Assembly (NCBI GenBank): GCA_964036045.1
Contig: OZ038379.1
Location: 4,774,001-4,838,000, forward strand
Direction of reading: 5' to 3'
Source of the DNA: Eutreptiella sp. 'Long Island Sound 2002'
Taxonomy: Eukaryota; Protista; Euglenida
Length of the DNA stretch: 64,000 bases
In this document: in pieces, positions 49,601 to 60,315 of the stretch
Position numbering within the stretch: the first letter of the stretch is position 1
Layout: each line of letters starts with the position of its first letter
Program-made: the position numbers and the translations under genes
Notes under the pieces: model-generated
Told to the model about the DNA's origin: nothing
What the model saw: the letters and a program-made list of their open reading frames with translations, nothing else
The model's database searches: none

Positions 49601-52600
49601 CCCCGCGCGCCTGCGGGATCCCTGAACAACATCTTCACGGACATCCGTCTCTGGCAACACTCCCCCACCTTGTGGACCCTTGACGGCCCTTCATGGCACC
49701 CCCTGGGCCCAAGATTTGTGCCGGACATCCGACGGCAGGAACTTCCCCATTCATGCATGCTGGAAGGGTTTAGGCCTTGGTGTAAATGATGGGCCGCCTG
49801 GGCGTTGGCCGTTGGGAGCACCAACCGCATGGGGCAGATGCTGGCAGGATGTCCATTGTGGCCGGGGGACGCGAACCAGCTCGGCCCATGGGGCAGCGGC
49901 ATGCGCCCCGTGCAGTGCCGGGGAGCCGAGGCCCGGAGCCGGGGGCTGGGGGTAAGGGGGTTACCGGGGAGGAGCGCATGGGGTGGTTTGGACAGGCGGA
50001 TGCCCCCTGCCACTTCTGTGGGGGGAGAGGGCCGCTGGGCCGGGGGGAGGTGTGGAGGCACCGGAGGGAGGGGCGCGTGCGACCGGCGCTGTGGCCGGGA
50101 AGGGAGGCGGATGCGGCGGAGGAAGGAGGGGATGCTGTTTTTGTCCGTTGCATGTTGTTGGTGTGGCGAGACGAAACTCCACGAAACCCAGTGACCTTTT
50201 TAAGCACACTTCTATTCGTTTTTTTGAATTTTTTTTAAAAAAATCGTTCTGCTTGCCGGTACTGAATTTTACTTAGCTACTGAACACCCCATTGTTTCTC
50301 CTCAGATTCTGGAAATCCGGATTCTGGAGGGATCATTTGCGAGGGGCGCCGTACCACATCAGCGCGCTGTACGTGGTGGACATCAAGAAGTATGTTCCGC
50401 TGCGACGCGCAATCCGAGTGGTGTGGCGTGCGCACTATGTGGACCGTAGGTGGGCTGTGGGCACCGGACCCTGAGTGCACATGCCCTCCCGGAGCTGCAC
50501 AGCCCGGGAGTGTTCTGCTGATCGTCGCGCCTTGCGGTCTGTTCTTGAGCGCGGGGGACGACGTGGCCGAGCCCGTCGCGCGTGTCTGTCCCTAGCGTGT
50601 GTCCTTCCGCCGCGGGGGTCGGTCCGTCGCGGTTGTCCCGTCGCCAGCCCGTGCCTGTGATGCGGGAAGCGAGAGGAGAGGGCGGCGCATAGGGCGGGTG
50701 CGTGCGTGCGTGCGTTTCTCCCGGCTCCAGCGGCTCATCGGGCGTGCCTGCATTCACGAGGTCAAGCAGCGTGTCTGCCCTGCCGGGCTTCAGTTTTCCT
50801 GCTCTGCCCTGACTGCCGCGTGAGTTCTGCCACATGTCATTGGCACAGACACACAGCCACGGGGGGGGGGGTTTCCGTGTCGGGCCGGACCCCCCCCCCC
50901 CCTCCTCAGAACCCCCCAACCCACACACAACGGTGATCGATGGGGGACAGCCGACTTGGGCGCCAGCGGCGCTTGGAACTTTGTTTTGGCCTCTGTGGAC
51001 CGGGGCACAGAATCCCCGTCCCCGTCCCCATCCCCCCCCCCCCCCTCCCCCCTCTGTGGTGAATGGTGATGAATGACTCTACCTCCCCCGAACTTGTGTC
51101 TATTCAAAATGCTCCGAATGAAACGGGGGGTTCAAAAAGGCCCCCAAACCCCGACAAAAAATTGAACCTCCCCCCCCCTCTGGACCCCCTGCCCACGCCG
51201 CGGGGGTTGGGGTCCGGAACTGAACTGAACCACCCCCCCCCCCCTCCCCCATGCACACAGCTGTGACCTCAGCTACGTGGGTGGATCGGGGTGTGGGCCG
51301 GGGACCATGCAACTCCGTCTTCCTTGTGTTGCTCAGATTCCGACAAATGGCCGCTGGAGACAACCTCCGGATGATCTACGACAACCTGAGCCAAGACCCC
51401 AACAGGTCCTGTGGTGCAAGGGCTGGCACTGCGCCGCCGTGGGGGGGGCTTGCCTTGCAGCTTCTCAGGGTCAGAGGCCATGTCTCTGGGCGGTTTCTCG
51501 GCTTCCTGCTTCTTGTTCCATCGCACACGGCCCTACGCACGGGCTCCAACTGCTGTGCAATAGCAATGTCCAGCGCGCAGTCGTTGCATCGTCAATCAAC
51601 GAATGTCCTGCTTTTTGGTGCGGCGGTTAATGTTGTGCACGCTTCATCCGTTGGCTAGCCTGCTACCGACGATGTCCTTCGCAGTCTGGCAAACCTGGAC
51701 CAAGACCTGCCCAATTACACGCAGTACATGATCCCCATTCACTCGCTCGAGCAGGAGTGGCTGTGGTGTGAGACGTGGTGCAGCAACAAGACGAAGGTTT
51801 GCGACGTCCTGGCACTACCTTTGCCTGTGCCCCCTCCCCCCCCCCATCGGAGCCCTCGCCTGTTGAGCCCTTTGCAGTGCGACATGCTTCGACCCCCCCC
51901 GCCCTCTACCCCCTCCCCCGCGCGGAATCTGCGTGTGGCAGGTCTCACATCATTTGGGTGGAGAGCACCCTCCAGAGCCCAACCGTCTGGGACTCACTGA
52001 GGGAGAAGGCCTGGCAGCGCCGGCAGGGGAGTGGACGCTACGGGGGCAGTATCCGGCAATGGTGAGCAATGGGCCAGATCTTCCACATACATTCCACCCC
52101 CCCCCCCCACCACCACCATGCCATTGCCGTTGGCACACTGCGCGAACCGGGAAAACCAAAAAACAACAGCGGCAAACTGCCCGGACATGCAGCGCACCAC
52201 CGATCGGTGACACTTGGGGATCCGCCACCCCCCGGCCCCTGTGTTACAGTTCCCACATCATTTGTGGTGGTGGGCACCCTCCGAACTTCACGGTCTTGGG
52301 AATGACTGAGTGTGTGACGCATGGCCGGTGCCGGCGTGGGGCGGGACGCCACAAGGCTGTCCCACGCTCGTCTACCCAAAAAATTTCCCCAGTGGCTTGG
52401 GGAAAACAGTGCGAACAATTTCTTTCTAAAACCTCAAACCGGTGCACACACCGGCAAATACCAACCGGCGCACTTACTCCGCCTTTATGGCAGCCCCCCC
52501 CCCCCCCCCCAACCACACACTGCCCGCAGGCACTCCACAAAACACAACGGAGTGCGTCAAACCGGAATACCAACTGGCAAACACCACTTTTAATGGTGCA

Positions 52601-53868
52601 TCCCCCCCTGCGCGGGTCCAAACCGCCCACTGTGCCTCACCCTTTTCTGAAGAGTGATTCGGAATCTATGGGGATGTGTCGGGACCAGCACATACAACAC
52701 TCGTGGGGGCAGGGTCTGTGCTCCATGCAGCAACGATCCCCCGCTGCCCCTCTCTGCGCACCTTCGTTCAGCCCACCTTATTCAGCCCCCCCCCCCCCCC
52801 AACATCGGATGTGATGTTGAACCCGTACGCGTCCCGTCCACAAGCAGGACAATGTTTCCGCAGGTTGGCATCCCAGTATCAGGGGGTGCACTTAGCGCAG
52901 TGCCCGCACAGTGCAACTATTTGGGCATCTCGCCGTACTAGAAACCAGCACTTTGTGGTACCAGGGGTATCATTGTTGTTTGAAAACAGGTATTTTGATG
53001 CTTCTTCTGCATTGGGGAAGTGCCATGTTTGTACTTTCACCCAATGTCACGCATTTTCACTCGGAAGCTGGCCTTATTTTGAGGGCATTCGGAGGGTGTG
53101 TGGTTGCGTGTGTTTGCGCCTCTTCGGGGGGAAATTCAGTCTGAAAGTAGTGCGCAGTGCGTGCGCAGTGCAAGGCCCCCCCCTCAGTAGAAGCGTGATC
53201 CTGACTGCAGGCAGGCTTGGGGCCAGCAGGTTGCCACAGAAGTCCGGCGGTGGTGGCACGTGTGGCATTGTGTTGTTTGCGGCTTCTGTACAGCAAGCCC
53301 GGTAAACTGCGATTTCATATGCGGTGGTCATCAGTACCTTTATTTGTATTTGTAGTTGTCTGTTTATATATTTTGTATTTGCATTTGTTTTTGTGTCCGT
53401 ATTTGCATTTGCATTTGCATTTGTCCTCTGGCATGGCCACACAATGGACAAATACGCACCTTAACACCTCTGAGGTGCCATCCAATGGTACTTGCGGACA
53501 GTGGACGGGCCACAAAGGGGGTAGCCCCCGCTTTTTGAATGCGGCCAATGCTAGGCCAAACCTCATAGTGTCGCATTTGCCCCCCCCCCCCCGATTTGCA
53601 TTTACATTTGCATTGGCAAACACCTGCAATCCTGAACACCAGCAATCCCCCATCATCTTTCAAAACCCTCAGCAGCCCTTCCTCCATAACTGGCCCCGCA
53701 CCGGTCCCCTCATGTCTGTAGTCTATGGCCAAGACCATTGACCTCTGCAACAACCCGCTGACGAAGATGCCCAAGCTCGAGAACGCCCGGCGCATTATTC
53801 CTCAGTGGGATGAGTACGACGCGCACATCCGCAAGTTTGAGGAAGGCTTGGGCCTGGCCAGATATTAG
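20485..53868 (+). CDS. UGGT: UDP-glucose:glycoprotein glucosyltransferase, spliced and 5'-incomplete (20 visible exons, about 1185 aa)
   Basis: Hand-spliced exons total 3559 nt and stay in frame across 19 GT-AG introns. Family motifs seen: [108 protein letters not shown]. Confidence 0.97.
21533..21737 (+). CDS. UGGT: UGGT exon 2 ([17 protein letters not shown]...RVGFVLV...DILSS)
   Basis: CTGCAG| acceptor, G|GTGTGT donor, phase 0 to 1. Confidence 0.9.
22248..22480. repeat. (GCACA)n / (TGTGC)n low-complexity tracts
   Basis: GGCACAGCACAGCATGGCACAGC at about 22250, with complementary TGTGCTGTGCTG at about 22395-22480. Similar tracts occur at about 29700-29770 and 41860-42205. Confidence 0.7.
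22805..23035 (+). CDS. UGGT: UGGT exon 3 (DKALEKQ...[13 protein letters not shown])
   Basis: TCAG| acceptor, AAG|GTCTGC donor, phase 1 to 1, matching both neighbours. Confidence 0.85.
24076..24146 (+). repeat. Isolated one-to-two-copy instance of the 41-bp repeat family
   Basis: CCCACGCTTTGGTGTGGCCCCTCGAGTTGGGG matches the units at 58372-58860. Confidence 0.85.
25235..25502 (+). CDS. UGGT: UGGT exon 4 ([13 protein letters not shown]...CLFNG...[10 protein letters not shown])
   Basis: GTAG| acceptor, CG|GTCTGC donor, GC3-rich codons. Confidence 0.92.
25582..25622 (+). repeat. (GT)n microsatellite
   Basis: Read directly, about 20 units. Confidence 0.95.
25965..26049 (+). CDS. UGGT: UGGT exon 5 ([28 protein letters not shown])
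   Basis: CTTCAG| acceptor in phase 2; CAG|GTCGTC donor gives the phase 0 that exon 6 needs. Confidence 0.82.
27484..27916 (+). CDS. UGGT: UGGT exon 6 (VYNVGNIH...[14 protein letters not shown]...EEEED)
   Basis: GTGCAG| acceptor, G|GTGTGT donor. An alternative same-phase donor follows 27895. Confidence 0.88.
28196..28561. mobile_element. Possible small non-autonomous element with 9-bp terminal inverted repeats
   Basis: CCGCAGCCG (28196-28204) and CGGCTGCGG (28553-28561) bound a G/A-rich half followed by a C/T-rich half. No clear target-site duplication (TSD). Confidence 0.35.
28986..29065 (+). CDS. UGGT: UGGT exon 7 ([26 protein letters not shown])
   Basis: CTGCAG| acceptor, CAG|GTGTTT donor, phase 1 to 0. 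Confidence 0.82.
31200..31441 (+). CDS. UGGT: UGGT exon 8 (GPDDMAAT...VLVTNGRI...[10 protein letters not shown]...)
   Basis: CTGCAG| acceptor, AG|GTGGTG donor, TNGR motif. Confidence 0.9.
31945..32012. repeat. (CCCAGC/CACAGC)n hexamer repeat
   Basis: Read directly. Confidence 0.85.
32747..32909 (+). CDS. UGGT: UGGT exon 9 ([13 protein letters not shown]...NLAAPGE)
   Basis: GCCAG| acceptor in phase 2, GAG|GTATTG donor in phase 0. Confidence 0.82.
33913..34044 (+). CDS. UGGT: UGGT exon 10 ([20 protein letters not shown]...APHSQ)
   Basis: AACAG| acceptor, CAG|GTCTGG donor, DPLS motif. Confidence 0.93.
34050..34075 (+). repeat. (GT)n microsatellite just after the exon 10 donor
   Basis: Read directly. 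Confidence 0.95.
35562..35696 (+). CDS. UGGT: UGGT exon 11 ([14 protein letters not shown]...SKILTM)
   Basis: CGCAG| acceptor, ATG|GTACTG donor. Confidence 0.95.
36942..37326. mobile_element. MITE-like element with about 29-bp terminal inverted repeats, copy 1
   Basis: Begins GAAAATTGCTTTGCGGGTGGGGGATGGCA and ends TGCCATCCCCCCCCCCGCAAAGCAATTTTC; contains internal hairpins. Confidence 0.6.
37535..37860. mobile_element. MITE-like element, copy 2, with an internal deletion of about 60 bp
   Basis: Same terminal inverted repeats; lacks the CTTTGTTTTG...TTTTGGCCC segment present in copy 1. Confidence 0.6.
40790..41860. repeat. 61-bp variant of the GC-rich minisatellite
   Basis: Unit approximates CCCGCCCCGGCGTGCGCGAACCAGCCACGACCGGGGCGAGCTGCCTGTCACGTGTCCCCCT; GTGCGCG occurs at 40921 and 40982. 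Confidence 0.95.
41860..42205. repeat. (GCACA/GCAGT)n low-complexity tract
   Basis: Read directly. Confidence 0.75.
43566..43698 (+). CDS. UGGT: UGGT exon 12 (GVDEPESW...DLDNIKL...YELEHLILT)
   Basis: CTCAG| acceptor, G|GTGTGC donor. Confidence 0.95.
44861..45091 (+). CDS. UGGT: UGGT exon 13 ([16 protein letters not shown]...[12 protein letters not shown]...HNE)
   Basis: TACAG| acceptor, G|GTGTGC donor, phase 1 to 1. Confidence 0.94.
46704..46961 (+). CDS. UGGT: UGGT exon 14 (TWKRTAV...[15 protein letters not shown]...LNVFSLAS)
   Basis: ATTAG| acceptor, CAG|GTCTGG donor. Confidence 0.93.
47308..47474 (+). CDS. UGGT: UGGT exon 15 ([10 protein letters not shown]...[15 protein letters not shown]...FQ)
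   Basis: CTCAG| acceptor, CAG|GTCTGG donor; start of the GT24 domain. Confidence 0.97.
48351..48592 (+). CDS. UGGT: UGGT exon 16 ([33 protein letters not shown]...FVDADQ...TEGFR)
   Basis: CACAG| acceptor, CG|GTATGT donor; contains the DxD motif. Confidence 0.98.
48634..48659 (+). repeat. (GT)n microsatellite
   Basis: Read directly. Further (GT)n at about 48921-48946 and (CA)n at about 49081-49110. Confidence 0.95.
50306..50389 (+). CDS. UGGT: UGGT exon 17 ([27 protein letters not shown])
   Basis: CTCAG| acceptor, AA|GTATGT donor. Confidence 0.96.
51337..51405 (+). CDS. UGGT: UGGT exon 18 ([22 protein letters not shown])
   Basis: CTCAG| acceptor, AG|GTCCTG donor. Confidence 0.96.
51685..51796 (+). 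CDS. UGGT: UGGT exon 19 ([37 protein letters not shown])
   Basis: CGCAG| acceptor, AAG|GTTTGC donor. Confidence 0.97.
53722..53868 (+). CDS. UGGT: UGGT exon 20 ([15 protein letters not shown]...[20 protein letters not shown])
   Basis: TGTAG| acceptor, KTIDLCNNP motif, in-frame TAG at 53866-53868. The true 3' end is uncertain. Confidence 0.9.
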   Translation, partial: SMAKTIDLCNNPLTKMPKLENARRIIPQWDEYDAHIRKFEEGLGLARY

Positions 53869-55107
53869 ACGCTGGGGACATGGGGAGTGAGGAAGGAAGG
53901 AGGGAGCAGGGGAGGGGGTGAGAGGGAGGGCTGGGGCATGCGAGCGTGCGAGGGAGGGAGGGAGGGAGGGAGTGTGTGGGAGTGAGTGAGTGAAGGAGGT
54001 TGACGGGGGGAGGGAGGATCATACGTAACATTAAACTCTGAGCACTTTGGCTGTATTGTTGCGATTTTTGCTTGAGAAGACCATGCAAACCACACGAGCC
54101 AGACTTCCGAGACCAGAACGAGGGAACGAGGGAGGGAAGGGGTGAGGGTTGCCACTTGGATTGGGCACTTGGATCGGGGGGTCGCATGAGGTCAAGGGGC
54201 TGCCCATATCGATCTGAGAAGCTTTTGATGGGCTTCCGCAGGGCATCGCGGGAGGGCTGGACGCCATTGCAACGGACAGCCAACCGCGTGTCCAGGGGGC
54301 CAAAAAGGACCGCCCGCGGATGTCGGTTGGCGGGTGGCGGTTGGCGGTTGGCAGCCGGCGAAGGACCGACGTCCGCTGGTGAGTCCCCGACGGTGGTTGG
54401 ACGTAACCGACAGCAGTTGCTGGTCGAACGACGATGTCTCAGGGGGGGGCACGAGCATAGCACAGTGGGTTGTGGGGCCGCCGGGGGCTGGACCGGGGAG
54501 GCACAGGGCAGCGACGTGCAGGGGGTTTGGCGATGAAGATGGGGCCACGCGTGCGTGTACGGCGTGGGTATCGGGGCAAGGTCGGTGAAGAGGTTCACGG
54601 GTGTGGTCCAGGGAAGGGGAGGGGGCTTGCGGTGCACTCTCACTCCGCACGCCCCCGTTCAACAGCACCTTGTGGAGGTCCGTGGCATACAAGAGGAGTG
54701 CATGGCTGACACGCCCCTCCTGCCTCTTGCTCAAGCAGATGTATTGGAACGGGTGACAACCGTAGGAGGAGGAGCTCTACCTATCCCCCCCCCCCCCCCC
54801 CTCTCTTGGACCCCCCCTCCTGGGACCCAGAATTTATAGCAGGAAAAAATACAAGTTGATTTGGGCCATTTTTGGTACGCAAGCTGCTGGCTTCCGTACC
54901 ACCCCCCCCCCCCCCCTCGGTGTGCGCACTGCATGCAACGCCATGGCTCTGGTACATGCCGACTGACATGCAGCCGGCCTCAGTGCGCCTGGTAGGGCAT
55001 GGGTCGACACCCACCAGCACAAACCCGATTGGGTGTGGAGTGCTGTGGTCCGTGAGGGTGGTGTGAGTCGTGTGTCGAAGGGAGGGGGGCGGTGGCATTG
55101 CGGGGAC

Positions 55108-55176
55108 AGAGAGAGGGAGAGAGGGAGAGTGAGAGAGAGAGGGAGAGAGAGAGAGAGAGAGGGAGAGAGAGAGAGA
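55108..55176. repeat. (GA)n microsatellite
   Basis: Read directly. Confidence 0.9.
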
Positions 55177-57289
55177 AAGGAGGGGGGAGTCAACAGGCAC
55201 GTACCGAAGGAGGAGGGCATTGCAACCTGACCTGATTGCAGACCCCCGCACATGTCTTCCAAAGAAACCCTCAGGGGTGGGGTGGGGGGGGAGGTTGGGG
55301 GACTGCCATAAAGTAACCCTCGGGGGGGCAGAGTTTCCTTTACACAACTGAGTACCACCCCCTCCCAACAACAACAAAATATCTGCTCCCCTGCTTCCAA
55401 CGCTTGCTTGGCCCCTGCCTGAGCGCAACGCAAGATTCCAGGGGAGGGGGGGTTTGCATGCGACCACTTTCTGAATTCGTCCTACGGCCACCCCATTCCA
55501 GGAGGCAGTGCACGCAGGTGTCATCTAAACAGTGTCAAGGTGCAGACACGCAGCAGTGTGGTGAGTTGGGACCCGCCTGCCTGTGCATCCCTCTACTCAG
55601 CAATCTCGCGCCATTGGTGTGTATGTGTGGTAAGGTGCGACTCGAGAGCCTGACATGTACTCGGACGCACAATTGGAGTACAGATTCAGAAACGAAAACT
55701 TTTTTGGGTCGCCTTTGGTCCACAAATCCTTGCCACCCCCCTCTCCCATTCGTGTTCAAGCCTAAGCCTGCAGCCCCCTGCAGAGGCACGGGCTAGCCCA
55801 GTCTACGGCAGTCCTGATCCTAGTCAGACGGGGTTTGTACTTATGTCCGAAGGGGTTTCCTAATGGCTGGTGTCTCTTTGTGAACGTGAGATTCCAGCGG
55901 GGCCAAGCAGACGCCTGGGGTATCACCGTGGATGTGTGAGACCTTTCATTGGGGCTTGGGGACATATGGAGCGGATCCAAGACCTCGCCATCTGTGCGTC
56001 TCATGGACAACCCCATCGCCATGCACACAAAGCCATCTTTCTGCTCCCAATTGTGCTGGAACCAGTGCTTTGCTGCAAGTTGGGGGTGCACACCTTTTGC
56101 AGTTGCACTTGTGCATTGTGCCCAGTTATGGGCGTGTTGTATGGTCACCCCACGGCATCATAGCATAGTTGTTTCCTGGAACTTGGGACACAGCTCCGCC
56201 CCCCCCCTGCCTGACGCCGAGCTCTGCAAGGCGCACCCTCAGTCTTTCTCTCTCTCTCTCTCTTTCCCTCTGGGTGTGGGTGTGTGGGCCTGCATTAACT
56301 GAGCGACTTTTGTCTAGTTGGAGAGTCTTTAGCACGTGATCGACGGTGCGTTTCAGTGAATTGCTGCTTCAGTGTGTGCCTTTGCTCCCATTGTATTGTG
56401 GCGCCGGACTGCCTAGTTGTCTGCCTGTCCTTGTCGATTTGACTGGCTTGTGGCAGCCCACGTTTCACCTGTTGGGTTCCCAGACCCCCTCACCCACAAC
56501 ACCCCCCCCCCCCCCCAACGCACACACACACTCCCCACAATCACACACAGCTCAGAGGCACCTCGGAGGCACGCCTCCACAAAACACAACCAAGTGCATT
56601 AGACTGGAAGTACCCACCGACAAACCTACTGCACATTTAACCTCCCCCAATCCCCCCCTGGGGTGCCACGCCAAATTCAGGCTGTCCGACGGGATGCCCC
56701 CACTCCATTCCTAGCCAATGCTCTGATCAATGTTCATTGACCGAGCAAAGCCTTTCAAGCATACTGGTGGTAAATAGACAGAAGAGACAAATCATCCAAG
56801 ACGTGGATGGAACATTAACATGCACAGTAGCCCCCTGTCCAAGCTACACCTTGCGGAAGCCACACCACCTCCGGGGACCATATTTCTTTTTGTATGCATT
56901 TTGGAATCTTTTTTTTTTTTTTGCAAATCTGACAATCTACTGTTTGTAGACAACCTGTTTGAAGGATTTAGCAGTTTGCTTCCACTTTCTTCTTTTGGTG
57001 CTAAGGACAGCCCTTGTGGTGGGGCTGGCACTGGCATCAGTCTGTTATGTGCTACCCTTTTGGGTTACTACTAGGGAGGGCATGGCACAGCAGCTCAAAG
57101 GGGCTCCGGACGGAACTCAATGAGCAGGCCAGTCAATAGTGTGGCAGAAATCCTACCCCCCTTGGGGTTCAGCTCTTTTAGGACCCCACAGGTTCTTTTT
57201 CCTTGTACCAAGGACTGTCCCTTGGGACCGCCTTGTCATTGTCACATTGGCATCAGTCAATGAGTTTTTGCCATCGTTTGCCATACCCC

Positions 57290-57640
57290 TGAAGTTCGGG
57301 TTATGGAGTGGTAGGCCAAGGCGCAGGCGTCCATAACCCCAACTCGTGAGGCTACGCCAAATCGTGGGAGTCCATAATCTGAACTCGAGGGCCTACGCCA
57401 AAGCGTGGGTGTCCATAAGCCGAACTTGAGGGGCCACGCCACAGCGTGGGAGTGCATAACCCCAACTCATGAACCCCAACTCGAGGGGCCACGCCAACGC
57501 ATGGGAGTCCATAACCCCAACTCACAGTTATGGAGTCCCATGTGTTGGCGTGGCCCCTCGAGTTGGGGTTAAGAACTCCCCCTCGAGTTGGGTCGATGGA
57601 CTCCCACGCTTTGGCGTGCCCTCTCTAGATCGGGTTATGG
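57290..57640. repeat. 41-bp repeat array in head-to-head (inverted) arrangement
   Basis: Minus-orientation units start at 57330, 57371, 57412 and 57453; plus-orientation units start from 57527. Confidence 0.9.
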
Positions 57641-57966
57641 ACATGCTTTGGCTTGCCCCATACCTCCCCCCCTTTTCGTTGGCCACATTTTTAGGCACAA
57701 GTAATCCCTTCATATCACCGAAACCCCCTTTTATTTAGGTGAAGGGTTTGCTTATTCCACCTCACAGGTCCGCTTCAGTTAGACAAATGTTGCCCCTTGT
57801 GTTGAGGAGATTGACTTATGTAGCCAATGTGCCACTTTTGGGCCAATTCTGATCATGGCGGTCGTGAAGGAGCCAAATTTTTTTATTTTAAGGACCGCCC
57901 TTAAGGACCACCCCTCAGGGCATTTTACCACTGGCCCGACGCAGGCCACTCCTGTCCCCATTTTTT

Positions 57967-58370
57967 GGGAACCCCGAGAACGCAAGGGTTATGCAGCACT
58001 TCCACCCACTCTTGGGCCACCGAGAAGGCACGGGTGATGTAGCCACTTGTGATTTTGTCCCCTTTGATGGGGACCCCCGAGAACGCAGGGGTTGCGTAGC
58101 AATTCCGCCCACTCGTGGGCCCCCGAGAAGGCAGGGATGATGTAGCCGCTTATGTTTTGTCCCCTTTGATGGGGACCCTCGAGAACATAGGGGTTATGTA
58201 ACACTTCCGCCCTCACGCGGGGCCACCGAGAAGGCAGGGGTGATGTAGCCTTTTTTGATTTTGCCCCCTTTGATGGGGACCCCCGAGAACGCAAGGGTTA
58301 TGTAGCACTTCCGCCCACTCGTGGGCCACCGAGAAGGCAGGGGTGATCATACGGGTGATGTAGCCACATG
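57967..58370. repeat. About 102-104 bp tandem repeat, 4 copies
   Basis: GGGACCCCCGAGAACGC-like starts at about 57967, 58069, 58171 and 58275. Confidence 0.9.
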
Positions 58371-58371
58371 G

Positions 58372-58860
58372 ACTCCCAAGCTCGGCGTAGCCCCTTGAGT
58401 TGGGTTTCTGAACTCCCACGCTTTGGTGTGGCCCCTTGACTTGGGGTGATGGACTCCCACGCTTTGTGGTGGCCCCTTAGTTTGGGGTTATGGACTCCTC
58501 CGCTTTGGCGTGACCCCTGGAGTTGGGGCTAAGGACTCCCACACTTTGGGGTGACCCCTCGAGTTGGGGCTATGAACTCCCACGCTTTGGCATGGCACCT
58601 CGAGTTGGGGTGATGGAGTCCCACGCCTCGGCGTGGTCCTTGGAGTTGGGGTTATGCACTCCTACACTTTGGTGTGGCTCCTTGAGTTGGGGTTAAGGAC
58701 TCCCATGCTTTGGTGTGGCCCCTCAAGTTGGGATTATGTCTTCCCACGCTTTGTTGTGGCCCCTCGAGTTGGGGTTAAGGACTCCCACGCTTTGCTGTAG
58801 CCTCTCTAGTTGGTGTGATGGACTCCCATGCCTCGGCGTGGTCCCTGGAGTTGGGGTTAT
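58372..58860. repeat. 41-bp tandem array, about 12 copies
   Basis: Unit CTCCCACGCTTTGGCGTGGCCCCTCGAGTTGGGGTTATGGA; starts at 58413, 58454, 58495 and 58536. Confidence 0.95.
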
Positions 58861-60315
58861 TTCTTATTTGAGCCAACTAGGACTCACCGTCCATCACATC
58901 CCCGGAGTGAAGATTGGGTGCTCTCACTGCATCAGTCGCAACAACTTCGACACCCCGATTCGGGGAAAGTCCGAAGAGTTCCCTCAGGAGGCGTTCGCCT
59001 GTATGGACGTCCACCTGCACTTGAACATGACCATGATTTGCCCTTTGAACGGGCTCCAACAAGCTGAGTACGTGAAGGAGTTTGGGGGTATCTACAAGCG
59101 TCTAGAGCAGCGTCTGGAACCCATCTTGATCAGCAAGGAGCAATAGAAATGAGACCAGCGCTAGTGCAAGAAGACCCCGGCAAAAGGATTCCGGCACTCT
59201 TGAAATGGACTCATGACTCCAATGGACACCTTGGAGCGGACTGAACCCTCAAGCTATTCAAGAGGTGGTCCCACACTACATGGACTGACGACAACGTCCG
59301 AACAGCCCTCTTGCCTATGGTGGACAAGTGCCCGTGCAGGTCCTGTAAACCTAGGGATATTAGGGATCGGGGGCTCTATTTGACTATCCGTATCCCCCAC
59401 TTTTGCAAACAATGCCCTCTACGTGGACTACACGTGGATGCCCAAGTTCGGAGGCTATGATTTCGCCTTGGTCGTGACATGTGGTTTAAACCAGATTCAT
59501 GAGAGTTTTCGCCTGTACTAAGGACATCACCGGCGAGGAGACTATCAAGATACTCCTCGAATAGTTTAGTGTGTACGGGGCTCCTAAAGAGATGAACTAC
59601 GATGAGGACATACGAGTTTAGTCTGACACCGGGTGGTGTCAAAGGATCCTAAGATCCTTGAACGGCCAAGTTTTCACAGGGTTCCCTATTATACTCACAT
59701 GAGTGATCCCCTTTGTGAACGCCAAATACGTGTCCTCAAGGAGGACGTCAGACTTTGGTGCAAGACTGAGCGCACCAAAGATCCTCCCCGTCATCACTCT
59801 AATGATGCTCAAGAGAGTTCTTCTACAGGCTATTCACCCCACGAGTTGTGCAAGGAACACCCAGCCTGGTTTCTACATGCCCCCTACCTAGAGGACTCCT
59901 ATTCCACTCTGCGGGGGGGGGGGGGCTCAAGGAACAAGAGGACAAGATGAACAAGGTCAATGCCATGCTTCAAACTGTGAGGGAGCGTCAATGGAACAAG
60001 AAAAACAAGCAACGACTACCAGCAACCTATCGAGAAGGAAATTGGGTGCTCGTGCACCACAATTGACTACCCGCTTGGCCGCGCTCCACTAGCGACGATC
60101 CCTACTTGGGCCTCTAAAAGATCCTGTCTATTAATGGCCAGTGTATCACAGTACGGTGTTCTCCCGCACTTGGGGGGACTCTAGTTTGCGCCGCTCAACA
60201 ATTTAAGCACTACTATGACCCAAAGGACCTATGCGGGGAAGAATGGGAGATTAGTGACAAGGAGGTAGCAGCACTGGACCTGCACCTGCAGGGGGCTGCT
60301 AGCCCCATGGAAGTC
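58860..60315 (+). mobile_element. Decayed Ty3/Gypsy LTR-retrotransposon pol fragment (RNase H end, HHCC integrase, DDE core, GPY/F region)
   Basis: Peptides across frames: HHIPGVK...ISR; HDSNGHLGAD*TLKLF...CPCRSC; YVDYTWMPKFGGYDFALVVTCG; DPLCERQIRVLK; SSTGYSPHEL; YREGNWVLVH...DPYLG. Multiple stops and frameshifts. Confidence 0.85.

Noticed and set aside
20485-53868. Euglenid-type non-conventional (non-GT-AG) introns
   Set aside because: All 19 traced introns splice in frame with GT-AG ends.
57290-58860. CRISPR array
   Set aside because: The units are contiguous and degenerate with no unique spacers, there are no cas genes, and the context is eukaryotic.
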